Below, piece by piece: positions 17,584 through 25,785 of a DNA stretch of 48,893 nucleotides. The notes under the pieces are model-generated. The model saw nothing but the letters and a program-made list of their open reading frames with translations. It was not told the origin of the DNA and did not search any database. The position numbers and the translations under genes are program-made. Source of the DNA: a virus (Duplodnaviria > Caudoviricetes); IMG/VR virus record IMGVR_UViG_3300037313_000210, positions 1 through 48,893 of that record; one strand, given 5' to 3'. Position 1 is the stretch's first letter, and each line of letters begins with the position of its first letter.

Positions 17584-18321
17584 TCATCCTTGCTCGGATA
17601 TGAGTTGTCGAAATCCGCTGGCGTAGTCATCAACTGTACTCCCTTCTAATCCCGGTGCGGTGTTGACTTCGAGGACGTAGGCCCGCTGTCTTTCTTCGTT
17701 CCAGATAATATCCACTGCTCCAAAATCCAATCCAAGGGCACCCGTGGCCTTGATTGCCTGTTCTTCAACTCCGACAGGGGGATTAACGTCATTCCTGACG
17801 AAGATAAAACCATTTCCATGATTCCTTACTTTCCAGTTTGGATTGTCGCAGCGTGGATCACGGGCCTTTCTTTGGACCAGCACGACTCGCTTTCCGACCA
17901 CGTGAACTCGATACTCAGCTTTCTTGGGGACGTACTGGACGTAGAGAGGAGCACTCGGCAAGTCTCCGGCGTCTCGCAGTTCGATACCTTCGCCAGAATG
18001 TCCTGAAAGCTTGTGCCGGACAACCGTAAGGCCTTTCCAGTTAACCTGAGATACGTCAGCAGCAAAACTTGGCGTAGAAACCCCCGCATCCTGAAATCTA
18101 CGGAAGGATGCAAGCTTGTTGGCAGCGGTCGCAACGTTTCCCGCGAGGTTGAGGCATGATAGATTGCCTGCATTGGAATCTCCCCAGTTGATGATGATAT
18201 CGCCGGGACGGCGTATATACGTGGAGCCCTCTTTCTTGAGGACTTTACCCCCGAGGACGTCGGCCAACGCCTTGGCTGACCGACTCCCTTGCTTATACGG
18301 ATTGATTCTGATGCGTGTCAT
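17584..18321 (-). CDS. ATP-grasp peptide ligase (RimK-like, phiEco32/PaP3-type)
   Basis: IINWG, AANKL, GHSGEGI, EYRVHV, LDFGAVDII, VLEVNTAPGL. Confidence 0.92.
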   Translation of the reverse strand: MTRIRINPYKQGSRSAKALADVLGGKVLKKEGSTYIRRPGDIIINWGDSNAGNLSCLNLAGNVATAANKLASFRRFQDAGVSTPSFAADVSQVNWKGLTVVRHKLSGHSGEGIELRDAGDLPSAPLYVQYVPKKAEYRVHVVGKRVVLVQRKARDPRCDNPNWKVRNHGNGFIFVRNDVNPPVGVEEQAIKATGALGLDFGAVDIIWNEERQRAYVLEVNTAPGLEGSTVDDYASGFRQLISEQG

Positions 18322-18323
18322 AC

Positions 18324-19427
18324 TTATCCTTGAGCAAAAGTATTGGTGTTAATCGTGAATGCGTGAGCTGCGTTTAGATTCTGTTGCAGGTTTTGCATCG
18401 CTTGCATCTCAGCTGCGTTCCACTGATTTCCGGCAAATGTGTTCCCGTCCTCAGGCAAGTCCGGCTCAACGGCAACCCCGTAACCTCCCGCCACAACACG
18501 TCGAGTCTTCTTCGCAGTCTTCCTACCGAAAGGGTCGGAGGCAACCTTAACAGGATTGAACGTCGACCAGTCTCTTGAGTACGCAATGTCCTGAGCGAAC
18601 CGCATCCCCTCGAACAGCGAAGCCGAGACGTTGACTTCGTTCTGTACTGCTTGAAGGATAGCCGGAGCTTCGTTGCCGAACAACTCCGTGAAGAACTCCA
18701 TCGGACCTTGGATGGAGAACCGTTCGATGATGGTCCGCGGGTCTGTGTACTTCTCACTTTCGTCGTACAGACGTTTGAGGATGCGAACCCACTGCTTCAC
18801 CGGAGCGGCTTCGGTCAGTCCTCGCATGGTTCGGAACTCCACGGACCCGAACTTGTACAGCGCGGAGACGTTCAAGGCCGAGTAGTGCAGCCCTTCGGTG
18901 TCCATGCCGTACTCGCCTTTGTTCTCGAACCAGTTCTTGACCTCCGTAATAATAGCCGGTCCGTCCTTGGCACGAATGCAGAACAAGTTGCCTGCCCTGT
19001 GGTCCCCGCAGAAGTGCGACAAGACTTCCTCACAGATGAACCACAGAGCCAGCAGAGACGCCAGCCGGTTCTGGTAGAACGAGAGTACGTTAAGGTGGAC
19101 GTGGACGCTGGTACGCACGCTCTCGGCGAGCACGGCCTTGTTGACGGCGAACTCAGCCCAAAGGGCGTCTACGGCTGCGTCAACCTCGGTGAAGTCCAGC
19201 GGCTTACTAAGTACAAACTCGCCGTTGTCTGCTCCACGCAGAGAACCGTCTTGGTGGTATCCCCAGTACGTAGCCACCTGAGGCAGCTTCATCTTGGCGA
19301 ACGCCCCCGGCGTCTTTGACTCGCACTCAATTTCGAGGCCGACGTGTCCTTTCTTGACCCGCAAGCCAAGTTGTCCGGCAATCGTCAGGTCTTCGCCGAT
19401 CTTACTCGTCTTTTTAACAAAAACCAC
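18324..19427 (-). CDS. Putative amidoligase (glutamine synthetase-like COOH-NH2 ligase fold)
   Basis: GLEIECE, DGSLRG…EFV, RTSVHVHLN, YSALN, GSVEFR; GTG start with GGAG SD. Confidence 0.88.
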   Translation of the reverse strand: MVFVKKTSKIGEDLTIAGQLGLRVKKGHVGLEIECESKTPGAFAKMKLPQVATYWGYHQDGSLRGADNGEFVLSKPLDFTEVDAAVDALWAEFAVNKAVLAESVRTSVHVHLNVLSFYQNRLASLLALWFICEEVLSHFCGDHRAGNLFCIRAKDGPAIITEVKNWFENKGEYGMDTEGLHYSALNVSALYKFGSVEFRTMRGLTEAAPVKQWVRILKRLYDESEKYTDPRTIIERFSIQGPMEFFTELFGNEAPAILQAVQNEVNVSASLFEGMRFAQDIAYSRDWSTFNPVKVASDPFGRKTAKKTRRVVAGGYGVAVEPDLPEDGNTFAGNQWNAAEMQAMQNLQQNLNAAHAFTINTNTFAQG

Positions 19428-19443
19428 CTTGTCGTCTCCAAAG

Positions 19444-20211
19444 TTATTGCCTGAGTTTAATGTCGTGGAACTGGCGGGTTTCTTCAACCGCCTCTTTAAG
19501 ATGAGCAAACTTCTTGCCAAGTTCAACCGTAGGACGCTTGGTCGGAGGCACAATCCCAACCACGTCAGTTTTGTACCCGAGAAAGAAAGTGTCCATCGGA
19601 CCACGGACAATCGCGAAGTTCCTGTGGCAAGCCACCGAAGTGTTCTCCACGTTCGGGTCCAACATGTTCTCCATGCACTCTTCAGCACTCGGATGATTTC
19701 CTTTCACACAGTCGTAGAACTCCGGTCCGACGAGGCTGTCGAGACTGTTGTTGCCCACTCTCGACCGATCCGTAGTGACGGGATTACATTCGACCATCTG
19801 GCGGATCAAACCCTGCTGAGTCCTGCGTTCGGGTGAACGCTCCAAGAACAGGGCCCTGCCGTTTCGGTTCATCATACCGAGGGAAAACGGACGGAACTTG
19901 TTAAACGCCGGACTGTTGGCTTGTTTACGAAGAAGCTTCGTGTCTTTGTTCTCTTCCATCCACTTGTCCAGTGCAGGACCAAGCCGCTGATCCTGTCCCG
20001 GATACTGGGACACCGCCAGTGGGAACTTTCCGTTTTTGGCTGCCTCGTTCACGCTGTCTTGCACCGGCCAAAGATACAGCCGGAAGATGCCGTCTGCCCT
20101 GTGATTGGTGATTGCGATAACTCGAACAGGTTCACCGTCGTACGTGACCACGGTGTCGTAGAGGCGACGTTGCATCTCCTCTAGGTTTTCGTAGAAGTTG
20201 GGATGGAGCAT
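19444..20211 (-). CDS. Hypothetical protein within the amidoligase cluster
   Basis: 255 aa ORF between the two ligases; PFSLGMMN…FLERSPERRTQQGL. Confidence 0.75.
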   Translation of the reverse strand: MLHPNFYENLEEMQRRLYDTVVTYDGEPVRVIAITNHRADGIFRLYLWPVQDSVNEAAKNGKFPLAVSQYPGQDQRLGPALDKWMEENKDTKLLRKQANSPAFNKFRPFSLGMMNRNGRALFLERSPERRTQQGLIRQMVECNPVTTDRSRVGNNSLDSLVGPEFYDCVKGNHPSAEECMENMLDPNVENTSVACHRNFAIVRGPMDTFFLGYKTDVVGIVPPTKRPTVELGKKFAHLKEAVEETRQFHDIKLRQ

Positions 20212-20214
20212 GGT

Positions 20215-21054
20215 TTAAATCACTGACACAAGAGGATAGTGAATCGACCGGAACAACATGCTGGACCTGTCTCCTGTGTTAATCAGGTCGACGATTGCCG
20301 AGTTGTACTTCTTGTACGTCCCCTTGGACAACTCGTTGGTGGACATCGCATCCACGGCCCGCTGAAGCCTGTTCCAAACGTCTTTGCGGAGTTGCTTCGA
20401 CGTAATCCAGAAGTTACTCAAGACCCTGTACTCAACTCCGTAAGGCTTCGGACGAAACGCCCCGGCCTTGCCATACAGTTGACGGCGGGTTACGTCTGCG
20501 TCCTTCTGAACAGACCACGCCCCGAGAAACCAGTCGAGTTGCTTCACGAGATCGCGGCAGTGGCCTACGTGGATTTCGTCCGTCACCGGCATCGGCTCGT
20601 CTGCGCACCATCCGATGTGGACGTGGCCCGCTGCGGTACGCAGGAGCGGGTCTTCCGTGGTATCTGGATACGGGTTCACTTCACCCGACCAAGCGTTGAA
20701 GTCAGGGTCACACCCCAACTCCTTCGCCTTAGGCGGTTGAGCATCCATGACCGACTCGGAGAAGCGAACAGCCGGTTCGATGCGGAACCCGTACCCCTTC
20801 GGCAGCATTCCTTTCAGCTGCTTCAGAACGGTTACGATGTTGTCGTTCCACTCGTCGAAAGAACTTGCGGGGTCGATGTTGAATTCTGCCGCCATTCCGT
20901 CCACCTGAACCGCACCTTTGTCCACTTTGTGTGGCTCTTGTTTTGTTCCGGGGATCAGATCGACGGCAGAAACTAGTTCGTTCTTCTCGTTGGTAATGAA
21001 CAACTCGGGATCACAACCGAACGTGAACCCTTCGACACAGTGTAGTGCAGTCAT
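20215..21054 (-). CDS. phiEco32-like COOH-NH2 ligase type 2
   Basis: GCDPELF, GTKQEP, QVDGMAAEFN, GCDPDFNAW, RTAAGHVHIG, RRQLYGKAG, YGVEYRVLSNFW. Confidence 0.92.
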   Translation of the reverse strand: MTALHCVEGFTFGCDPELFITNEKNELVSAVDLIPGTKQEPHKVDKGAVQVDGMAAEFNIDPASSFDEWNDNIVTVLKQLKGMLPKGYGFRIEPAVRFSESVMDAQPPKAKELGCDPDFNAWSGEVNPYPDTTEDPLLRTAAGHVHIGWCADEPMPVTDEIHVGHCRDLVKQLDWFLGAWSVQKDADVTRRQLYGKAGAFRPKPYGVEYRVLSNFWITSKQLRKDVWNRLQRAVDAMSTNELSKGTYKKYNSAIVDLINTGDRSSMLFRSIHYPLVSVI

Positions 21055-21073
21055 AGTCAGTCTTCTCCGTTAG

Positions 21074-21253
21074 TTACATAAGCCAATAAATTATTTGAGC
21101 AGGGATCGCATTCCCTAGAATTAGCGTGATGAAGTACAAAGCCCACCCCAAAGGCCCCTCTACAACTTCAACGCCTAGATACAGGGCTAGGCTGAAGACA
21201 GCCACTTCGTAGGCGGCTATAAAGCAAATCAACAACGCAATGGCGATAATCAT
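21074..21253 (-). CDS. Small two-TM membrane protein (59 aa; not in ORF track)
   Basis: GGAG SD + ATG; MIIAIALLICFIAAYEVAVFSLALYLGVEVVEGPLGWALYFITLILGNAIPAQIIYWLM; fills the gap between neighbours. Confidence 0.75.
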   Translation of the reverse strand: MIIAIALLICFIAAYEVAVFSLALYLGVEVVEGPLGWALYFITLILGNAIPAQIIYWLM

Positions 21254-21262
21254 TGATAGCTC

Positions 21263-22354
21263 CTAAGCAACTTGAGGTAGTTCTTCTACGTAAATTCTCG
21301 TCTTCTCTGAGTTGGAGAACGACGAGTGATCGGGGCAGAGAATGATTTCGTCTTTCTTATAAATCGTAATTCCTTTATCTCCGTACTCGATCTTCGCCTC
21401 GCAGAACGTACAACCGTTGGCTGCCATTCCTTCGAACTCCTCACGAGTGATGTGCCCCGCGTACGGATTCACCTTGGACCCTTCAACGGTTACGAAAGGA
21501 AGAGGATCAGTCCTTCCACGGGAGATCGTCGTCGAGGAATTCGTCTTCTTCCACGGGCTTTTGGATGGGGTGTGGACTCCAAAGTTTGGCGAGGCTTGAG
21601 AGAAAGGGGCCGGCTCCTTACCCTCCAGCTTCTTGCAGACGGGTTTCTGAGCCTTGCCTGACATGAAGTCGGAGATGCTGTACTTGAAGTGGTAGTCCTC
21701 TGCGAACGCAAAGAAGCGGCAGCCTTGCTTGTCAGTTTTGATTTCCCTGTTGGCAAGGTGCCGGATACCAGAGTGAATCGTCTGCCACTCGGAGGCGTAG
21801 TACAGGAAGCGGTTGTCCTTAGTCACCGCGTTCCACAGACTGCGCTCTTTGTTGCGGAGGAAGTTAATCGTGCCTTCTTTAAGATCAACCCACGTAATCG
21901 CCCACGCACCTTCGCACAGCTTAATCGTCTCTTCAATGCCGATGGTGGCGATTGCAGCGATCAGCGCCATGCTGTCCACGGGAAACTTCTCGCCGACGGC
22001 CTTCTCTAAGTCGTTGTGGCTGGTGCCGAACAGCGTCCCGTTGTGTGCCCCGACGATGTGTCCGATGTGATACGGATGCGCGTTGAAGTCGTTGACACCA
22101 CCGCGAGTTGCCTTCCGGTTGTGACCTAGAAAAGCACACGACTGATTGGCGTTAAGAGCCTCCTTGAACTTCGGCATTTCAAAAAGGTGCAGCGGGTGAC
22201 TGGCCATTTTCGCAATCCGGACGTCTCCGTTCGAGCGGATCGCAGCCATTCCCGTAGAGTCTTCGCCCCTCCAGAAATCGTCCAACAGCATTCTCTTCAT
22301 CGGCTCTTCGTCACAGTACTGAAGAGCACCAACCATTCCTACGAGTCCGCACAT
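21263..22354 (-). CDS. Class II (Ntn) glutamine amidotransferase with C-terminal Cys/His cluster
   Basis: MCGLVG, RGEDSTG, GHNRKAT, AHP, AHNGT, VDS; no SIS domain; CTFC…CPDH tail. Confidence 0.9.
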   Translation of the reverse strand: MCGLVGMVGALQYCDEEPMKRMLLDDFWRGEDSTGMAAIRSNGDVRIAKMASHPLHLFEMPKFKEALNANQSCAFLGHNRKATRGGVNDFNAHPYHIGHIVGAHNGTLFGTSHNDLEKAVGEKFPVDSMALIAAIATIGIEETIKLCEGAWAITWVDLKEGTINFLRNKERSLWNAVTKDNRFLYYASEWQTIHSGIRHLANREIKTDKQGCRFFAFAEDYHFKYSISDFMSGKAQKPVCKKLEGKEPAPFSQASPNFGVHTPSKSPWKKTNSSTTISRGRTDPLPFVTVEGSKVNPYAGHITREEFEGMAANGCTFCEAKIEYGDKGITIYKKDEIILCPDHSSFSNSEKTRIYVEELPQVA

Positions 22355-23211
22355 TATTCTTTCTCTCCCTTCTTGGCCGGACTCGGAAGGCCGAGAATGA
22401 CCGAACGCTTGTGTCTGTAACGCTGTTCTTCAAGATACACGTGAGGGTTGTTGAGGATGTACTTCTCAACCATTTCGAGGCACCAGACGGTGTAGCGGAT
22501 GTACCCCGCGTACTCGGGATGCCCTTGGAAGCCGAGGCAGCAAGTTTCAGGAAGGAAAAACGCCTCGACGTCCTTCGTCCTGCCCGTTTGCTTCTGAGAC
22601 GGCTCAGGACCATACCACCGCTCGTCGGAGCAGAAGATGAACCCGAGGACTTCCATCCCCTCGCCTTGGATTACGGCTTGATGGTGAGTGGATGAAATCT
22701 TGTCGAGGTATTGCCCGTTCCCCGGTGTAGGCACCATTGGATGCTCGCCGTTGTGCTTGTCGAGGTGTTGAATAAGTTTGTATCCGTTCATCGCAGCCAA
22801 GAACTGCGCCCCACGGCAAATCCCGAGCATCGGAATCCGCTTCTTCAAGCACTCGACGTACAGCTCCATGTCCCGCTTGTCTCGGGCGGGATCGACGCTG
22901 GTGAGTGCGTGTGGCTTTTCGTGATAGATGACCGGATCGACGTCCGCCCCACCGCAGAACACAACGAGGTCGGCCTCGTCCACTGTGTTGGCTTTGTAAC
23001 ACCGAGCCCTGCCGAACATCGCCCCCATTTGAGCTTCGTAAGTGTCCGGCTCGGAAATGTACACGTTCATGTACAGTTCGGGGTACTTCACCAGCGAAGA
23101 CTTCATCAGCTGAACTTCGGTCTTACCTTCGGCTTCAGACACTTCTGGCTCTTTCTTCGGTTTGTTGCTATTCGCAGCCATTGCGAGAGCCTTTCGTCTA
23201 CGCGTGGACAT
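22354..23211 (-). CDS. Class I glutamine amidotransferase / peptidase C26 (gamma-glutamyl hydrolase-like)
   Basis: GGADVDP, LGICRGAQ, STHHQAV, FQGHPE triad. Confidence 0.9.
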   Translation of the reverse strand: MSTRRRKALAMAANSNKPKKEPEVSEAEGKTEVQLMKSSLVKYPELYMNVYISEPDTYEAQMGAMFGRARCYKANTVDEADLVVFCGGADVDPVIYHEKPHALTSVDPARDKRDMELYVECLKKRIPMLGICRGAQFLAAMNGYKLIQHLDKHNGEHPMVPTPGNGQYLDKISSTHHQAVIQGEGMEVLGFIFCSDERWYGPEPSQKQTGRTKDVEAFFLPETCCLGFQGHPEYAGYIRYTVWCLEMVEKYILNNPHVYLEEQRYRHKRSVILGLPSPAKKGEKE

Positions 23212-23602
23212 AGTGGTGGTGTCCTCCTTCCCACACACCGTTCTCTACGAGCAGCGTGTCGTGAACTTCGGGGTTGTACTCGTACACCCACACCGTCCTG
23301 CCCTCTTCGGTTCGGTACTGCGACCGCCCGTAGTAGTTCGGATAGCCCTCGTAGTTGTCGAGCATCTGTGGGAGGATTTCATCCGTTATGCGGTACACTT
23401 CACCCGTGACCGTGGGTTCCTCTGGATGAAACCGAGCACCGGCTTCGGCCACAGCTTTGAACCCCGGAAAACCTCCCAACGAATACATCTTACCGTTGAC
23501 ACGATCTTCTCCTACGAATTCGCTGCGGCCTTGCATGACGGAGCTGGCACCGAACCCGTGCTTGAGGGTTCCGTACACGAGGATGTGATCACCGACCTTC
23601 AC
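23198..23602 (-). CDS. Gamma-glutamylcyclotransferase (AIG2/GGCT-like)
   Basis: VYGTLK, GGFPG, VTGEVY, LDNYEGYP, WVY; GGAGG SD + GTG. Confidence 0.9.
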   Translation of the reverse strand: MKVGDHILVYGTLKHGFGASSVMQGRSEFVGEDRVNGKMYSLGGFPGFKAVAEAGARFHPEEPTVTGEVYRITDEILPQMLDNYEGYPNYYGRSQYRTEEGRTVWVYEYNPEVHDTLLVENGVWEGGHHHYVHA

Positions 23603-23924
23603 GGAGAGCCTCCAATGCTTTAGGAAAGCAAGTGCCGTGAACATACGTACCGTATGTTCGAACCAAGGTCGCAGCGCCCCTGAATCCGAACGCGTCTAGT
23701 ATTCGAGCAAGCCGCTCGCGCTCTTCCGCCGTGGGTTCGTCGGGGTTGATGATGTTGTAGCCATCAAATCTTCGGCCGTTGGGCCCGATGTAAGTGCCGT
23801 CTGGATTGCGGTAGACAAGCTGACGAGCCTTGTCGCAAATAAGTCGACCGTCGGAATGAAACGCCACCAGAGTGACTATCGAACCATTTCTGCACTTGTA
23901 TTCCTTACCGATTTCCCACTTCAT
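23589..23924 (-). CDS. Hypothetical protein (111 aa)
   Basis: AAGGAG SD + ATG; GKEYKCRNG small-phage-protein pattern. Confidence 0.7.
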   Translation of the reverse strand: MKWEIGKEYKCRNGSIVTLVAFHSDGRLICDKARQLVYRNPDGTYIGPNGRRFDGYNIINPDEPTAEERERLARILDAFGFRGAATLVRTYGTYVHGTCFPKALEALREGR

Positions 23925-23947
23925 TTTGCCTCTCCTTAATTTTTCTC

Positions 23948-23975
23948 TTGACAAATTAAATTTACGTGGTATAAT
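23948..23975 (+). promoter_or_regulatory. Sigma70-like promoter antisense to the early/middle arm
   Basis: TTGACA-16 nt-TATAAT with the same GTGG before -10 as the promoters at 12230 and 16240. Confidence 0.7.
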
Positions 23976-23999
23976 GTATTATCTCTTGCGGTCCGTAAA

Positions 24000-24300
24000 C
24001 CATACCTATGTAAGAGTGTAGGGGCATTTAGCCTCAGCCCCTACGAAAGAGGGTCGAACAAGGCAGTCTGCCTACCCACCCACCTCTAACAATCCACGCA
24101 GTTTCTCTGTCTTGCTCGACTGTTTACCACGCTACCGTGGTTGCATCACTTAGACATTTTCCGTCTTGAGTTAGTCCTACCCCACGTACGGTTGCGTCCT
24201 TTGGTAAGGTCCGTACGCTCTAGGCTGTATGTTTTACTCTGAGGCAGCGCGGACGCTATTAAGAAATCACCACAGATACATGAGCCAGACACTAGAAGAT
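24000..24300 (-). ncRNA. Candidate structured non-coding RNA
   Basis: ORF-free; stems 24018-25/24037-44, 24053-62/24111-20 (G-U only on - strand), 24126-31/24136-41, 24185-91/24211-17. Confidence 0.45.
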
Positions 24301-24325
24301 TGAGGAGTCAGGAGTCGAACCTGAT
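24301..24325 (-). ncRNA. tRNA-like T-arm fragment (not a full tRNA)
   Basis: TCAGG-TTCGACT-CCTGA followed by CTCCTCA, right after the stop of 24327-24812. Confidence 0.45.
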
Positions 24326-24326
24326 C

Positions 24327-24812
24327 TTAAGAGGCCGCTTTGCTCCCGAGTACTTCTGTCGTAGTGATGGAGTCCTGCTTCCCGGGTGGAATAGAATCCC
24401 ATCCAGTTGGCGGGACGGTGTGGTCCCCGTTGCACCTACCCTTTTCATCGGTGCAGAGGACGAACAAGTAAAGGTATTCGGGGTCGTCGTGATTGGCGTT
24501 GGTCCACCTACGTACGCACTCGAACCCCTCGGACTTGATGATTTTCAGCCACGCGTCGTCGTAGCCGTGGGCTTGCGTCTCGTTCAAGATGAGGCAGAAC
24601 ATACGTCCGCCAGCCTTGTAAGTCCTTTTTTGATTGGCGATGCCGTCTCGAAAAGCCTGTTCATAACTTTTGGCTTTTGGGTTCGGCTCGTATCTCTTGG
24701 TCAGGGGATTGTAAATGTTAGCATTCATACCAAACGGCGTCTTCGGATCATTGGCGAAACCGTATATCACGTCAGCACCGCAGCATCCAATAAACCCGGA
24801 AATGTTGCTCAC
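24327..24812 (-). CDS. CC-motif protein paralog 2
   Basis: GFIGCCGADVIYGF…LNETQ…AWLKIIKSEGFECV…N…YLF…PPTGW. Confidence 0.7.
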   Translation of the reverse strand: MSNISGFIGCCGADVIYGFANDPKTPFGMNANIYNPLTKRYEPNPKAKSYEQAFRDGIANQKRTYKAGGRMFCLILNETQAHGYDDAWLKIIKSEGFECVRRWTNANHDDPEYLYLFVLCTDEKGRCNGDHTVPPTGWDSIPPGKQDSITTTEVLGSKAAS

Positions 24813-24813
24813 G

Positions 24814-25215
24814 TCACCTAACCCCCATAATTCTCACGGGTTCATCTCTCCACCAGTCCGGAACTTTGTCGTCCCGACAGTTTCCTGTACACTTGTGGAA
24901 TACGTTGCACCAACCGCCGGTGGAGTTGTGGAACCGAGACACGAGCCGAAAGTCCCTGTCCTTCAGTTCTTTGATCCAGCGCGGAGAAGACGTGATTTGT
25001 CCATCTGTGAGAATAACCTCAACGAGCTTGCCCCGGTTGTTTTCGGTGTTAGGTCCGACCTCAGCAAGTTTCTTTTTGAACTGTGTCAAAAACGTTGTGT
25101 ACCGTGGCTTACCCGTCCTTGAGCTGTAGCCGTTGAAAACACGTGACGTCGGTCCGCCGAATCCCCACAGGTGGCGAACGCCACAGCAGTTGCCGCCGTG
25201 TTGTGACAAGTTCAT
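24814..25215 (-). CDS. CC-motif protein paralog 3
   Basis: GGNCCGVRHLWGF…LTDGQ…WIKELKDRDFRLV…N…VF…VPDWW; GGAG SD. Confidence 0.7.
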   Translation of the reverse strand: MNLSQHGGNCCGVRHLWGFGGPTSRVFNGYSSRTGKPRYTTFLTQFKKKLAEVGPNTENNRGKLVEVILTDGQITSSPRWIKELKDRDFRLVSRFHNSTGGWCNVFHKCTGNCRDDKVPDWWRDEPVRIMGVR

Positions 25216-25265
25216 GGATGCTTCTCCGTTGCTCGTGTGTGTGAAAAATCGTGATAGATGAATGT

Positions 25266-25296
25266 GAGCAGTTGTTAACCGAGAATGCTCAGCTCG
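25266..25296 (-). ncRNA. H-type pseudoknot motif, copy A
   Basis: CGAG-CT-GAGCA-TT-CTCG-GTTAACAAC-TGCTC. Confidence 0.55.
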
Positions 25297-25299
25297 TCG

Positions 25300-25645
25300 G
25301 CGCGTGGATGGTTGAGGGGAGAGCTTAAGTCACCCTCTGTCGTGATCCAGTGGCCTAACTGAAATTGTTTTAGGGGAGATTGTCTCTCGACCCACAGGAC
25401 GTGGGGAGATTACGTTAAATCGTAAGGTTCTTCACTCGGGGCTTGGAGCCGCAGAGGAACCTCGCTTCGATCTTACTTGTACTTGTGGAAGTGACCATCG
25501 TTCCGGTCTTTCTCGTTGACGTCTCACTGTTGTCGTGAGACTTGCCCTCGTGCAGCTTGAGCCCCCGCCCTCGCTGTTTGCTTAAAGTTGGCTGGCTTAA
25601 ATGGCTCTTATCCGTCGGCCAGCCAGCGACGGAACCATTCGCACT
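25300..25645 (-). ncRNA. Candidate structured non-coding RNA with a large pseudoknot
   Basis: TCCGTCG/CGACGGA hairpin whose loop TGGCTGGC matches downstream GCCAGCCA; GTCTCAC/GTGAGAC hairpin; no ORF of 60 aa or more. Confidence 0.45.
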
Positions 25646-25695
25646 AATTACAAAACTATCTCTATCTCTCTATGTCTCTAGTTTAACTTAAACTC

Positions 25696-25707
25696 TTAAG
25701 TCTTCAT
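25696..25707 (-). other. Minigene ATG-AAG-ACT-TAA (MKT) with strong SD
   Basis: AAAGGAGG (25716-25723) 8 nt upstream of the ATG. Confidence 0.5.
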
Positions 25708-25785
25708 AGTCCGTTCCTCCTTTATTCACACGTCGGCGTGAATACTTCAAAAGAATAGGTGGTGAGCTTAGGTACTCATTTATTC

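Noticed and set aside
19428-19688. N-terminal extension of the amidoligase in the ORF track
   Set aside because: It overlaps the upstream gene by ~245 nt; a GTG with GGAG SD at 19427 fits better.
18651-23623. Long + strand ORFs opposite the ligase cluster (e.g. 18651-19319, 20239-20976, 22711-23409)
   Set aside because: Antisense shadows of codon-biased genes, with no motifs or SDs.
24230-24300. HDV-like/theta ribozyme behind the tRNA-like T-arm
   Set aside because: I could not build the nested double pseudoknot or find the catalytic J4/2 segment.
24000-24330. Two-piece (permuted) alphaproteobacterial tmRNA, suggested by a T-arm followed later by GGGGCTGA
   Set aside because: No CCA or G3-U70 acceptor complement, GGGGC is locked in a local hairpin, and no tag reading frame was seen.
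25585-25645. Pistol ribozyme (hairpin-loop pseudoknot followed by UUAAG)
   Set aside because: The conserved GCG after the pseudoknot and the P3/cleavage-site strands were not found; kept only as a generic structured RNA.
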